A DNA stretch of 64,000 nucleotides from Lepidodermella squamata (lineage: Eukaryota > Animalia > Gastrotricha), in assembly GCA_047495785.1 (NCBI GenBank), contig JBLDXI010000033.1, positions 62,001 to 126,000 of the forward strand. The letters run 5' to 3'. This document shows positions 21,773 to 33,416 of the stretch, one piece after another. Made by a program: the position numbers and the translations under genes. The first letter of the stretch is position 1. Every line of letters begins with the position of its first letter. The notes under the pieces were generated by a model. It did no database searches and was not told where the DNA came from. It saw nothing but the letters and a program-made list of their open reading frames with translations.

Positions 21773-22899
21773 TTGAAAACGCAGTAAAATGAATTGTTTG
21801 AATTGTACGCGATCTGTCCTATTGAAACGTGAATGAGCTAAATCGAATCAACTTTACGACCTATATACTTGTTTACCAAGCAAGGTATTAAATTTCAGCA
21901 AAAGCGGAAGCTTTCATCATATACCGTACCAAATTGATTTCCGAAATCACCTGTGTCTTTATGTTAATTCTTATGGCTGTCAAAGGAAAAAGCAGTCATG
22001 CATTACTAACTAATTGGAAAGTGGGCGGTGACTGCCACGCATTCTTCGTATCGAATTCAGCACTGTCCACTTTAAAAATCTAATCCTATCAAATCCGAAT
22101 CCGATAAAGTCCTAATGACCCATTTGATGTAGCGACTTCTTCACGCTCCTCTCCGTTGATTATAATATTGTCACCGTCTTGAAGTTGTATAAGAAGTGAT
22201 ATGAACTGTGAACTGTGTATTTGATAAAATGCAAGTGACGGCGGTATCACAATAAAGAACCCTCGTGTGACATCGATGCTTCTTTGTTTCAAGTCTCGAC
22301 ATGAATCGAGTTCGATTCAAGCATATATAGTCCGTGTCGATTGTCCGTGTCGATAAATTCGAGAGAAACATGATCTATGATCTATCTATGAGTAATCTAT
22401 GGAATCAGGACCAGCAATAACTCGAATTCTACTCGGTTTCTCGATCATGAAGGGATCGCGCGCCCTTATTCCGTGGGTCGCCGAGTCAGCCGGGGGTCGC
22501 GGGGGTCGCCTGATGGTTTTCATAAACTTGAAAATTGCGAAAATTTGGTTTATTTTTAGTCACTCTTCCAGGGAAAATCTTAAAAAAAAAGCGTTGGCTA
22601 AATCGCTTCGCTCGTATCCAATTTTATTCCACTGAAAACGGTCTGAAATTGCGGTTGAGAGCCGAGTTCATGTAAATTTTGAGAAAAATGCTGTGCATTG
22701 GGTGATATTTTATTGCTTGAACAAAAAATGTTTGAAGTTTTGAAACATTTGACACGGCATGTATGTCCATTCGACTCACCATATAAAAAAGCAGAAATAT
22801 AACATTGAATATTACCTATCAATTGTTCAACTCAAAATGTAATGATTTCCGATCTTTGAGATGCGAGATGTTTGCAAGGAAATGTTTTCAGGAAATTAT

Positions 22900-25215
22900 T
22901 TACTCCCTCATCTTTTGATATAAGAAAATGGCGAAAGTAGAAGATGAGTAGAACACCAGTCCCATCGCCAACAACAGTATTTTTCCGCAATCTCGGGCTA
23001 CATTGGACATGATAACTAGAACCAGGACAAGCGCCATTAGAAGCACAGCTTGATTAAGAGCGGCGAGGATCACTGATTTCAACTCGCGTTGTAGAATTGC
23101 AGAAGTTTCTTTGACTTTCCTTAATCGGTTGCAAATGAACAACGAAGCGATCATAAGAAGGAAATCAATCGAAAACACCAAACTTTGCATTTGGGTCACA
23201 TGTGGAGTGACACAAATATGGTCGATATAATCGACGTAGGAGTTCAAACTTGAATCGAAAACAGGCTTTGACGTTGTTATGGAGTGTCGAGATGTGTAAA
23301 TGACTGAATATACCACCAAAATGACGAGCTGCCCAAAGCAGTAGCTGATCGCTATGGCAAGGTACTTCCGAACAAGTATTTTGCCAAGGCTTTCGATTGA
23401 TAAGAAAAACGCTTGACTTTCGGATTCTTCCTTGCGCTTCTTTTTCTCATTGAAGACTCCCTGCACGTTGACGATAGCATATAACCGAGATGATGCATTT
23501 CTAATTGGAACTTTTTTGACTGCTGAAAAGAACCAAACAGCGTGCAGGAAAACAAAAGCATTCGGCAAGGACATGGCAAAGTTGAAAACCAAATTGCGAA
23601 TCGAACATTCGAAATCAAGAAACCAGGTAGCTCCAATTACGATCAGCATTGCAACGGAGTTCATAAAGAGACAGAGCAATAGAAGTATCACTACATTCAT
23701 TTTTCTGAAAATCCCAGATTGACCATTTCGTTTTAACGCAATGATGGTAGCGTAGCACTGAGCGATAGAGATGATGGCTGAAATGATTGGAAAAACTTCT
23801 TCCCGGTCACAAAATGCAGTTATATTGAGTTCATCTGACAAATCTTTCGGCGCACTGTTACCGGGCCAGTAGGGCTTTTTCATAATTGTGAATTCGTAGC
23901 TGCTCAGATTGAAAATTGCCCTATTTTTCTTGACAAGTTTCGCAAGAAGATCGGGCTTTCCCTTCCGCATTTGAACAATCCACAAGTCATCCCCAAATAC
24001 ATCTCCGAGTTTGCTAAAGGCAAGTCTGCCCAGCCTGAGTCCGTTAATATCAGTGTTTTCAGATACGGCTCGTACAACATCCGCAACAAGTTCAGGATCC
24101 TTTTTAAAACTAGCTAGGCTTTCGTTGTAATTCGATCGCAGAATCCTGTCTGCTTTATCAGCGTTCATAATTGCTGTCAAAATCGCGTCATGACATAGGT
24201 ATCGTGTGGAAAAATCTGTGCTATTAGTATAAGATGTCATGTAGGCGTCGAATTCTGCTACGGAGTAGCCTAGACTCGTTCGGCCGGTAGACTTATTTAC
24301 CGGAAAAGGAAGCGACCCTGTGAAGAAGTATATCTCTAGCTGCTCCATAACCATTGACATAGTACATCCTGCAGGTAGGGCAGGGTCTGGCTGATCGATT
24401 TCGAAAGCGCACCATAGCAAATTGATGAAAGCATAGTAGGGCGCGCGCATTCCGACAACGTGAGACAGGCATAAGAACTTCAAACAAGTCGCTCCAGAGG
24501 ACAAGGATAAGACAATTATTCTTGCATCACTGGGTTTCAACTCGTTCGCGACTTCTAAATCAATGTCATAGACGCTGTCGTAGTGAAGAACGGATATGTC
24601 GTTCGCAGAAGCAATTTCATTCATTCTTTCCGCTACAAGGTATTCGTTAGAGTTGTTGGCGTTAGTCAAAATCGCTATTTCTCTCCAATTTCCGATTAAT
24701 TTGAGAAAAGCTAACCCAGCTATTACGTTTGCATCGGTAGCTGTTGACACCGTGAACAAGGACGAGTAAAGCTGCGATCTTCTAAAGAGAGGTGGACCAC
24801 TGCAACGGGGTGAGTATTCAGTGAGCTGAAGATGTTTTAATGTCAATGCAACATTATTACACGAACCTGATGGGCCAAACACAAGCGGAGCCATAATACT
24901 GTTCGGACTCTCCTCCTGCTTTCGATAGAAATCAATAGCTGCTGCATTAGCTTTATCTGCACCAATTCCCTCATCCTCGCTTTGCACTTGGAAAACATAA
25001 TTTCCAAGAATATCTTTTCGAGGATTCACCACATCAATAACGAACTGTACAGCGGCTTCACAGGCTGATGATGGAGCCGAATTAGTCGCGTTACTTCTAG
25101 GCAGTAATGCCAGCATTGTAAGGTAAACGGTAGAGTTGTCATCCTGAGCGAGAATTGGACGGTCACTCCATAAAGCCATCACCAAAACGAAGAAACTTTG
25201 AAACATGCGAGCCAT
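22900..25215 (-). CDS. Class C GPCR, copy 3
   Basis: Translation identical to copy 1. Confidence 0.8.
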   Translation of the reverse strand: MARMFQSFFVLVMALWSDRPILAQDDNSTVYLTMLALLPRSNATNSAPSSACEAAVQFVIDVVNPRKDILGNYVFQVQSEDEGIGADKANAAAIDFYRKQEESPNSIMAPLVFGPSGSCNNVALTLKHLQLTEYSPRCSGPPLFRRSQLYSSLFTVSTATDANVIAGLAFLKLIGNWREIAILTNANNSNEYLVAERMNEIASANDISVLHYDSVYDIDLEVANELKPSDARIIVLSLSSGATCLKFLCLSHVVGMRAPYYAFINLLWCAFEIDQPDPALPAGCTMSMVMEQLEIYFFTGSLPFPVNKSTGRTSLGYSVAEFDAYMTSYTNSTDFSTRYLCHDAILTAIMNADKADRILRSNYNESLASFKKDPELVADVVRAVSENTDINGLRLGRLAFSKLGDVFGDDLWIVQMRKGKPDLLAKLVKKNRAIFNLSSYEFTIMKKPYWPGNSAPKDLSDELNITAFCDREEVFPIISAIISIAQCYATIIALKRNGQSGIFRKMNVVILLLLCLFMNSVAMLIVIGATWFLDFECSIRNLVFNFAMSLPNAFVFLHAVWFFSAVKKVPIRNASSRLYAIVNVQGVFNEKKKRKEESESQAFFLSIESLGKILVRKYLAIAISYCFGQLVILVVYSVIYTSRHSITTSKPVFDSSLNSYVDYIDHICVTPHVTQMQSLVFSIDFLLMIASLFICNRLRKVKETSAILQRELKSVILAALNQAVLLMALVLVLVIMSNVARDCGKILLLAMGLVFYSSSTFAIFLYQKMRE

Positions 25216-26062
25216 TTGAAAACGCAGTAAAATGAATTGTTTGAATTGTACGCGATCTGTCCTATTGAAACGTGAATGAGCTAAATCGAATCAACTTTAC
25301 GACCTATATACTTGTTTACCAAGCAAGGTATTAAATTTCAGCAAAAGCGGAAGCTTTCATCATATACCGTACCAAATTGATTTCCGAAATCACCTGTGTC
25401 TTTATGTTAATTCTTATGGCTGTCAAAGGAAAAAGCAGTCATGCATTACTAACTAATTGGAAAGTGGGCGGTGACTGCCACGCATTCTTCGTATCGAATT
25501 CAGCACTGTCCACTTTAAAAATCTAATCCTATCAAATCCGAATCCGATAAAGTCCTAATGACCCATTTGAGGTCAATTGTATGTATCGAACTTGGCAGCC
25601 GAGTAAATTTTGAATTACCGAACGGAAAAGTAATGTTGGTCGGGTCATACTTGCATCGATTTCCCTGGTTGGTTGGCTATTTTCACTCCGTTTCACCGCC
25701 TTCGGAGATGAAATTATGTCGCGATGAGGAATTTTTCAGTGGGAGGCTAGAAACTCGCATGCAAAGTCTAGACCAGATTTTCAACAGCTACTGAACTTTT
25801 ATTTTCAAGAATGTCACGAAATGAAGCTGCAACAGTTTAAAACGGAGTTAGTAATTCGATAAACAAAATCGTCAGTCGCTGGTTAAATCGTTGTACAATC
25901 GACGAGACATGAATAGACAACAGCCTGAGACTGGAGGTAACAATCAAAATTTGCTTTCAAACTAGGAAACTGTTGGTCAGAAATGTACTTCAATAAATGA
26001 TCTGATATAAAACACAGCTAAAACAAGTTCCAGAACATGGAAGCATGCAAACAGAGTCGATC

Positions 26063-28872
26063 CTATAAAACCCATTTCTGCATGTTACTTCGAATTTTCG
26101 AAGGAAGGGCGTCATCTCTGCTGGCCATCTGAAACGGCGTAACACCATCCTTATCAGCCTGGTTGATGAAGAAAGCGGCTTCAGGACGCTCGGTCAAATA
26201 TGACATCATGTCGTAACGTTTATCAATCACTGCTAAATGTAACACGTTTTCGCCTTCGTTACTCAGCGCTTTCACGCTAGCGCCTTTTTCGAGCAAATAT
26301 TTGAAAGCTTCAATGTGACCGTTCCGCGCAACTAGCAAAAGAGGGGTCAACTTATCGGGCTCAGTTGGAATTTCAATAGCGTGGCTGACACGGTCGAGTA
26401 GGACTTTCAAGCAATCAATAGAGGATTCACATCCAAAAGCAGCGCAGTGAAGAGTCGTGAACCCATAACCATCCGGTAGCAACTCACAGCCAGGAAATAG
26501 TTCCAAGGCCAATTTCATCAAGTCGCCATTTCCAGACTGAGCGCAAACGTGGTAGAATTTTTCCATCTCGGATGTTTCGGAATGAACGTCAGCACCGCGC
26601 TCAATTAGAATTTTAGCGGATTCGAAATATCCGTATCTAGCGGCTTGTAACAGAGCGGTTTCACCGCAGTTGTCTTTGCGCTCCATTTCAAGACGTTTCT
26701 TGAGAAGCCACCTGAAATAATCAAGAAGTAAACAATGGCGTAATATGCGAAATGCGCAGTAGGAAGGTATCGTTATAAGCTGGATTAACTTACTTCAAGG
26801 TATCGACTTTAAGACTTTCGACTGCATGGTGGAGAAGCGACTGGCCGTCAAAGTCGACCTGGTTTAGAAAATCAGGATTCTTCTTCAACAGAAACTTCAC
26901 CACGTCCAATTTATCATTTGATACAGCGTGCATTACAGGCAAAACGCCACAAGCAGACCGGTGGGAAAAGTTAGCATTCCGCTCTAGCAAATATTTCACA
27001 ACATCACAGTCGCCTTGAATCGCGGCTAAACATGCAGCGGTATTGCCGTTCTCGTCACTATCTACAGCTTCAAGGTCAGCGTTTTCATTTTCAACAATGA
27101 ACTTTACGACATTTAAGCGGCCATTCTTCGCAGCTTCGTGCAGCAAAGTTAGCCCGTTACTTTCACGGACGTTCTTTAAAGTTGGCTCGCGTGTCAGCAA
27201 GATTTTCAGGACTTCAAGATGACCACCATTCGAAGCGATATGCGCTGCTGTCTTCCCATCGGAATCAGTTGCTAAAATATCGATTCCAGATTTGGACAGC
27301 AGATAGTTGATTTTGCTCAGCGAACCAGATTCTGCAGCTTGCAGCAAAAGCGTTCTTTTGCTATCTCGTTCATCTTGATGCTCGATGACAAGCGGTTCGC
27401 AACCTTTTGGAATTTGATCGAAAAGCAGTTCGAGACACAGGCACGAAGACATTTTAGCAGCGTCATGCATTTTGTGGTACTCAGAATTCTGAAATGCAAT
27501 TAGAAATGTGACAGTGAAGCAGTGATCCGACTAGGTCCAGCTCTGAGGGAGGTAACTCGAGCATTTTGAGCCCAAAATTTGCAAATCAACAGGGGGAACC
27601 CTTACGTTTTACAGAAATTTTCTGACGCCAGGGGGGTTCGTTTTTTACCCCCCCCCCCCCTTTTACCCCCCGTTCTCGGAACACTGCAGTGAAGAAAACG
27701 GAATCTCATAGGTAATCAATTTTACCTTTAAATGGGCTTCTTCAGGCGCAGAAGACTTGGTAAAACTGACGTCAGTCACCTTCTGAAGCATATCGGTAAA
27801 TTCGACGGTAAGAGACTTGTCAGTCCACGTCAGCTCGATCTTAGAAAATTCAGATTTTCCGACTTCGAACTGCAGCAACTCATCGTACTATACATTTCAA
27901 AACATGACATACATATTGCATTTTCAATCTTCCTAAATTCCGTTCAGTTTCAAACCTTGATCCGTGCCTTCCTCGATAAGTCATGGAATTTTAAAACATT
28001 ACTGTCCGACGCGAATAGGAGAGAGGCACCATCGCAGTCAGAAGACAACTTATTAATTTCATCCAACCCATCCAAAGATTTAGTGGAAACAACTTTCTTC
28101 AACATCTCAAGCTGTTTTGCTTTGAGTTCAGAGGTTTTTTCTTTAAGCTGCTGAGCCCGCTGCGCAACGGCCTTTTGCAAGGCATCCAAAAGCTCTTTGC
28201 AGTTGGTTTCGATTTTCTCGTTGATTTCACGAGCGTCCTTTTCGATATCAGCTCGAATGGTGTCAGCCTGATTACTGATGCGGGAGATCGATGAGTCGAA
28301 TGATTCACGGAGCTAATAAATACAAATGCCGTTATACGTTGAAACCAATTTTTTCCCTTTTTAGGTCGAAAAAGGTATTCACATTATGGCTGGCAAATCT
28401 GGCCTCGAGTCGTATCCTTTCCAGGTGAAAACGATAGCACATTGAGCAGAAGTTACCATCACAGTGATTGCATTGCGTGACTTCGTCTTTCCCCACAAAT
28501 GTCAAATGACGACAACCTTCGCCCAGCTTTTTCTTCTTCGAATCCATCATATCGTCGCTTTTCAAAGCTTCGACCGCTCTTTTCACAGCGTAATTTGTAC
28601 GCACGGCTGCGAGGCCATTTTTCGGCAGAGTTGTCACAGTTCTGCATTCAGGGCACGAGATCGTCGTTCTATCGTTGCCCTCATTCAGCTTTGAGAGACA
28701 AGCGGCGCAAATCGAATGGCCGCATTCGTTTAGAATTTTAGCTTCTGGGCAAAGCTCCAAGCAGACGGCACAGCTTAAAGCCTAAGAAATTCAAGTTACG
28801 TGGAATTTACGGCGTTTCAATAAATTAAACCTCAAGAATTGAAGCCCTGATAGACTTTGAGCTTCCAGCCAT
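26063..28872 (-). CDS. RING-B-box-coiled-coil-ankyrin protein A (subfamily 1)
   Basis: Six exons. MAGSSKSIRASILE | ALSCAVCLEL...CGHSICAAC...CPEC (C3HC4 RING), then a B-box-like CRH...CNHC...CSMC...H, a coiled-coil exon, a linker exon and two ankyrin exons. All GT-AG junctions are in frame. Confidence 0.88.
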
Positions 28873-28994
28873 TGTAAATAGATTTAAGGTACTACAAGAC
28901 AAACAAAAATTAGCCAGAGAACAATTTATTTAACTTCAGCATGCAAGCAATATCTTTACAAGAGCTTGGATGTTGCGCGTTATTCAAAAACTGC

Positions 28995-31900
28995 TCAAGC
29001 TGATGTAAGTTGTGAGATTTTACGGATAAGTTCTTCGGGCAAACAGAAAACTTCCTTAGCGATTTGATTGATAGTCTCTTTGTTTTTGTTCCGATGCGTA
29101 ACCAAGAATTTAGATTCGGGCAGGTCAAGTAAATGTGACACGACAGAGAAAGATTTATCCCTCAGTGCCACGCCGAGAACATTGTCACCATTGTCGGCCG
29201 TCGCCCAAAGACTAGCACCTTTCGACAGTAGATATTTGAAAATATTCAAGTTGTCAGTTCTCGATGACACAAGAAGTGGTGTCAGATGGTCAGACGTGCA
29301 TGATTCGATCATATGCCAAGTTTTTTGAAGCAAATAATCGACACAGTCAGTCCCTTTCAGACCCGCCGCTGCTGAGTGGAGTGGGGTCCACAGAAAATCA
29401 TCGACAACTTTTTCGCTTTCAGGGTAGAGATCCATGGCATACTTCAACAGTTCAAGATTTCCAGACCATGCGCAATGGTGAATTAGGGTTTCCCCGTTAG
29501 AATCTCTAGCTTTTAAATCAGCCCCACGCTCGAGCAACAACTTAACTACATCCAAATGCCCGCTTTCAGCCGCTATCAGGAGAGGGGTGACACCCTCACC
29601 ATTAACGACTTCGAGCAAATCTGGAAATGTCTCGCATAGTTTCTGAACAATTTCAACATGACCGTTGTCAGCAGCGAGAGATAGCAACGACTGGCCGAAC
29701 TTATCTCGTTGCAATGCGGCATCTGGCGAATGATTAAGCAAAAATTTAACTATTTCCGACTTTCCCGTCGAGCATGCCACGGCTATTGGCGTACGCTCTT
29801 TTTCCAAGTCAGCTATTTTAAAATCGGCACCTTTATCAATTAGGTATTTGACGACTTCAAGATTGCCACTACTGCAAGCCAAATGAGCAGCAGTTTGCGC
29901 AGCAACCCCACTGTCTCTTGCGTTCAAGTCAAAAGAACAATCCTCGACCAAATACTTGACTACATCTAATTGCCCCGCCAGAGCGGCATCATGAAGGCAA
30001 TTTGATCCGTGGTGATCTGTTTGTTCCATCAACTCCGGCTTCTTCTCAAGAGCAACTTTCATCACGTCTAAACGACCGTGCTTAGCTGCGATATGAGAGG
30101 TCGCCCTTTGGTTCGAATCAATAGCTAATGGGTCGGCACCAAGCGCCAGAAGGTAGTTAATTGCTTCAAGCGAACCAGAAGCAGCAGCCTGAAGCAGAGG
30201 GGTTCGTTCGGAATCTCGTTTGTCGCGGTGTTCAATGACCAATTTGACAAAGTTTTTCGGAATTCGGCCAATGACGTCCTTGAGGGCTTCGATTTCTCCA
30301 CGGGAAGCGGCTGCGTGAAATTCGTGGTATGGATCAGTCTAGATTAGGAAAACGTTGAGAAAAATTAAATTAGGAATATCGAAACTTCAATTTCGCTCAA
30401 CAAATCGACAACATATATGCTTTCAAGGGGTCTGACTACCGTGCTCATCGCCCCGGCTATCGGCTATCGGGTGCTCATCTACGCTGTTGCTGATCTGCGG
30501 GATCACCCCTCGCCTGCCTATGTCGTGGTTTGCGCGCAAAAGGCGCTCAGGAGCACCCGGCTGTGAAGGTTGAAGCCTCGAGGAATCTCATTGATCTACA
30601 CGCTATCGTTCCTTTGTACCAGCGTATCTTTAAATACTGGCCAACAACAACTAACCGATGAGCAAATGGACGATTTGCAGGCAATAGTCGTCGCCGAAGT
30701 AATACATTTGAGAAACGCGTTCAGCTTCATAAAGCGGCTGAACAAGTTGTGGTTTAGTGCGCTCACCCTGGCGCGCTGTTGGTAGGAAAGGTTCCGCTAC
30801 CTGGAAGTTATCGTTGGAGCGATAAAACGGCATATGGCAAGGGAGATACAAAGTTGGAAATTGACAACACCGATTGCTACAGCGCTGCAACAAAGAAACA
30901 AGCTGCAGCGCCTTCATCCACATACGGAAAAAGCTTATATTAAAACCACCCTGAATGCCGCCATCTCAAAGCAAATAGAAAATCTGGTCGCGAAGAAAAT
31001 TGCAATGACTGTGAGCTCTGCCTCCGAGCTATGACAGAAAACTTCAACAGCAAAACCGGCATGGGTCTGATCTAATGAATCTACTGAAAAAACACGAGGT
31101 GCAAACGCAGTTGTTGGCCGCAAGACAAGACCGCAAAAGGCAAATCCATCACCGACGGCAAGGCAAAAGCTGAACTCATTGCCAAGACATTCGCCAAAGC
31201 AGTCTCAACTCCTGTTGTGACATCAGCATTCAGCTCAGATCACGATTTCTGGCGTGCGATAGAGGATGGGATCGAGTCTAACCCAGCCGCACAGCCAATA
31301 TGCATGCCAGAAAAGCTGAATCTCGAAATCTTCAATGAAAGAATTGTTTAAAAAGCTATAATAATTCAATGCTCTCGGTCATGAAGAAATATCAAACAAT
31401 GTGATTAAAATGGTGGTCCAAGCCTCTCACTTACGCCTTATGAACAGAGCCTGAATTGCGGCTATGTACTATGTACCAAAGACTTGGAAGATCGGGATTA
31501 TAAGTTAATAGTTAATAGAAACTTGCCATCCAGCCACCAGTTCGGATTTTGGCGAGGCAAAAGCGCCACAGATACCCCATTCCGTCTGGTCAACGACGTG
31601 GTCATAGCCCTTTCCGTCACGACACTGGAAGCTAGTCACTATAGCCCTGAACTTCAATAGCACATTTGACGTAGTATCGTAATCATGATCGCCTCTAGAT
31701 GATCGCCTCTAGAATTTTGCCGTCGGTCGGGCCCGTGGCTTACGAGAAGTGTAGTAGACATTGCCTATGCCATGAAGCCGGGGTGCCTAGAAAGGCTGCA
31801 GCCGAGCTATCTCGAGCTGGAGCATGTGTTGGGTCGTATTCTTACCTCAAAATTGTTGCGTTTCACTACTCTGACAATCGATGTATCTTCGCAATATCGA

Positions 31901-33231
31901 CTGTTTTCGTTTCTCTAGTGATAACAAACAAATCAACAGAATGAACGTAAATTTCTGCAAGTCGTAATGTCTAATGTAAACTACGAACCACTACTACGCT
32001 GAACCGACACGGCCTCGACTCCAAAAACCACGAACTGTGATTCCCGATTGCACGATCGGTTCATCTCCATTCTGATTTCCTAACTCCTAACTCTCTCAGG
32101 TCGCACCGCAATTAAGCCGTATAAAGTAAAACAATACCTCAGAACCGATATCCTTGAACTTGTCAGTTTCCGCAGTAACACTCGTGCTTTCCGAAATGAC
32201 AGTAGTTAAACGCTCAATGATGGATTGATTCTCGAAAGCAAAAGAGATTCTCGACAGAGCTGCATCGCATTTCCCGATGTTTAAGAATTCGCCCAACTGA
32301 AAAAACCCGTTGATATTAGATTTTACATTGATAAGTGCTAACCTTGCATCTCTGCTCTTTAGCTAGAAAATGCAATGATATAACATCTTCAGCGGACTGG
32401 CACAACGGCGACGAGCTTACGAGTGTTGACGCCAGAGTTTCCACCTCGTCCAACTTGCTCATCCAGTCTTTCGACATGACATCGTTGAAACGTTCATGTA
32501 AGCGACCCCGCATTCCTTCAACTTTAGCAATCAGTTCGTCGCATCGATTATCAATCACATTCTTGAACCATTCCACCAAGGCTTCGCCGGATGATTTTAT
32601 CGAACTTTTGACCGAATCAGCGTTTTCGTCAATTTTATGGCGAATCAAATCAGCTTGTTTGTCAACCTCAGCAGTGTTACACTCAAATTTCTCGCGAATC
32701 TGAAAAACAGAGAAATATCACAGGGCGTTTCAGATTGTAAATTTCGGATCACCTTGTGACACGAAAATAAAGCTTCGAGTTTGACGCACTCAATGTGAAG
32801 CAAGTAACATAACGAACAGTAGCTTTCTTCACAATGGGGACATATCGTCATATCATTTCTCGCCACAAAGTGAGCATGATTACATTTTTCGCCCGGTTTC
32901 GACCACTTTGCGTGCTTCGATTTCGCTTCATTGCAAACCTCGGCAACTCGTTTCACGGCGTAATTTGTACACAAACCAGACGATGGGATTTTAGTCTCTT
33001 TTCTGCACTCCGGACAAATTGCCGATTTTTTCGACTTGTCGAGAATTTTGGCAAGACATTCAGCGCAAATAGAATGACCGCAATTTGTCAAAACCTTTGC
33101 ATCAGAGGATAATTCGAGACAAACAGCGCAACACAGAGCCTGATATAAATGAATAATGAGAAAACTCGTTTATAATCAAAGTGAAGGGGAACAACTTCAA
33201 GAATGGCACTATTCGATGTGTCGTTCACCAT
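28995..33231 (-). CDS. RING-B-box-coiled-coil-ankyrin protein B (subfamily 2)
   Basis: MVNDTSNSAILE | RING/B-box exon | coiled-coil | linker ending KDIGSE | 1.8-kb intron | a single ~450-aa ankyrin exon starting TDPYHEF. Confidence 0.85.
30550..31680 (+). mobile_element. Degenerate LINE ORF2 (RT) fragment in the gene B intron
   Basis: Fragmented frames contain KAKAELIAKTF, PKTWKIGII, QFGFWRGKSATD (about 31538-31573), LVNDV and ALNFNSTFDVV, interrupted by stops and frameshifts. Confidence 0.75.
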
Positions 33232-33416
33232 TCTGAATGAATAATTTCACGTAAAGGCCGCTCCTAAATGGTAAAAAGGCAGAAAAATGTAGGTTCTGGG
33301 TTCCAGTCGCAAACATAGCAAGCATTAAGAAGACAAACAAAAATTAGACAAAGAATAATTTATTCAACTTCAAAATTGTTCGGCATATGCGGAAATTGCC
33401 TGTAATTGAAAACTGC

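Larger units (their letters stand above)
15237..25570. repeat. Head-to-tail triplication of a 3443-bp unit (starts 15237, 18680, 22123) bounded by 5-bp microhomology TTTGA
   Basis: All ORFs recur at a 3443-bp offset with identical translations. The junctions read ...GACCCA TTTGA TGTAGCG..., and TTTGA also lies at both outer ends. Confidence 0.97.

Noticed and set aside
27590-27672. G/C-run tract in a gene A intron as a regulatory G-quadruplex (similar fragments at ~941-1010, 15567-15625 and 46263-46295)
   Set aside because: These look like isolated hAT/MITE terminal remnants, with no paired ends or TSD to support a call.
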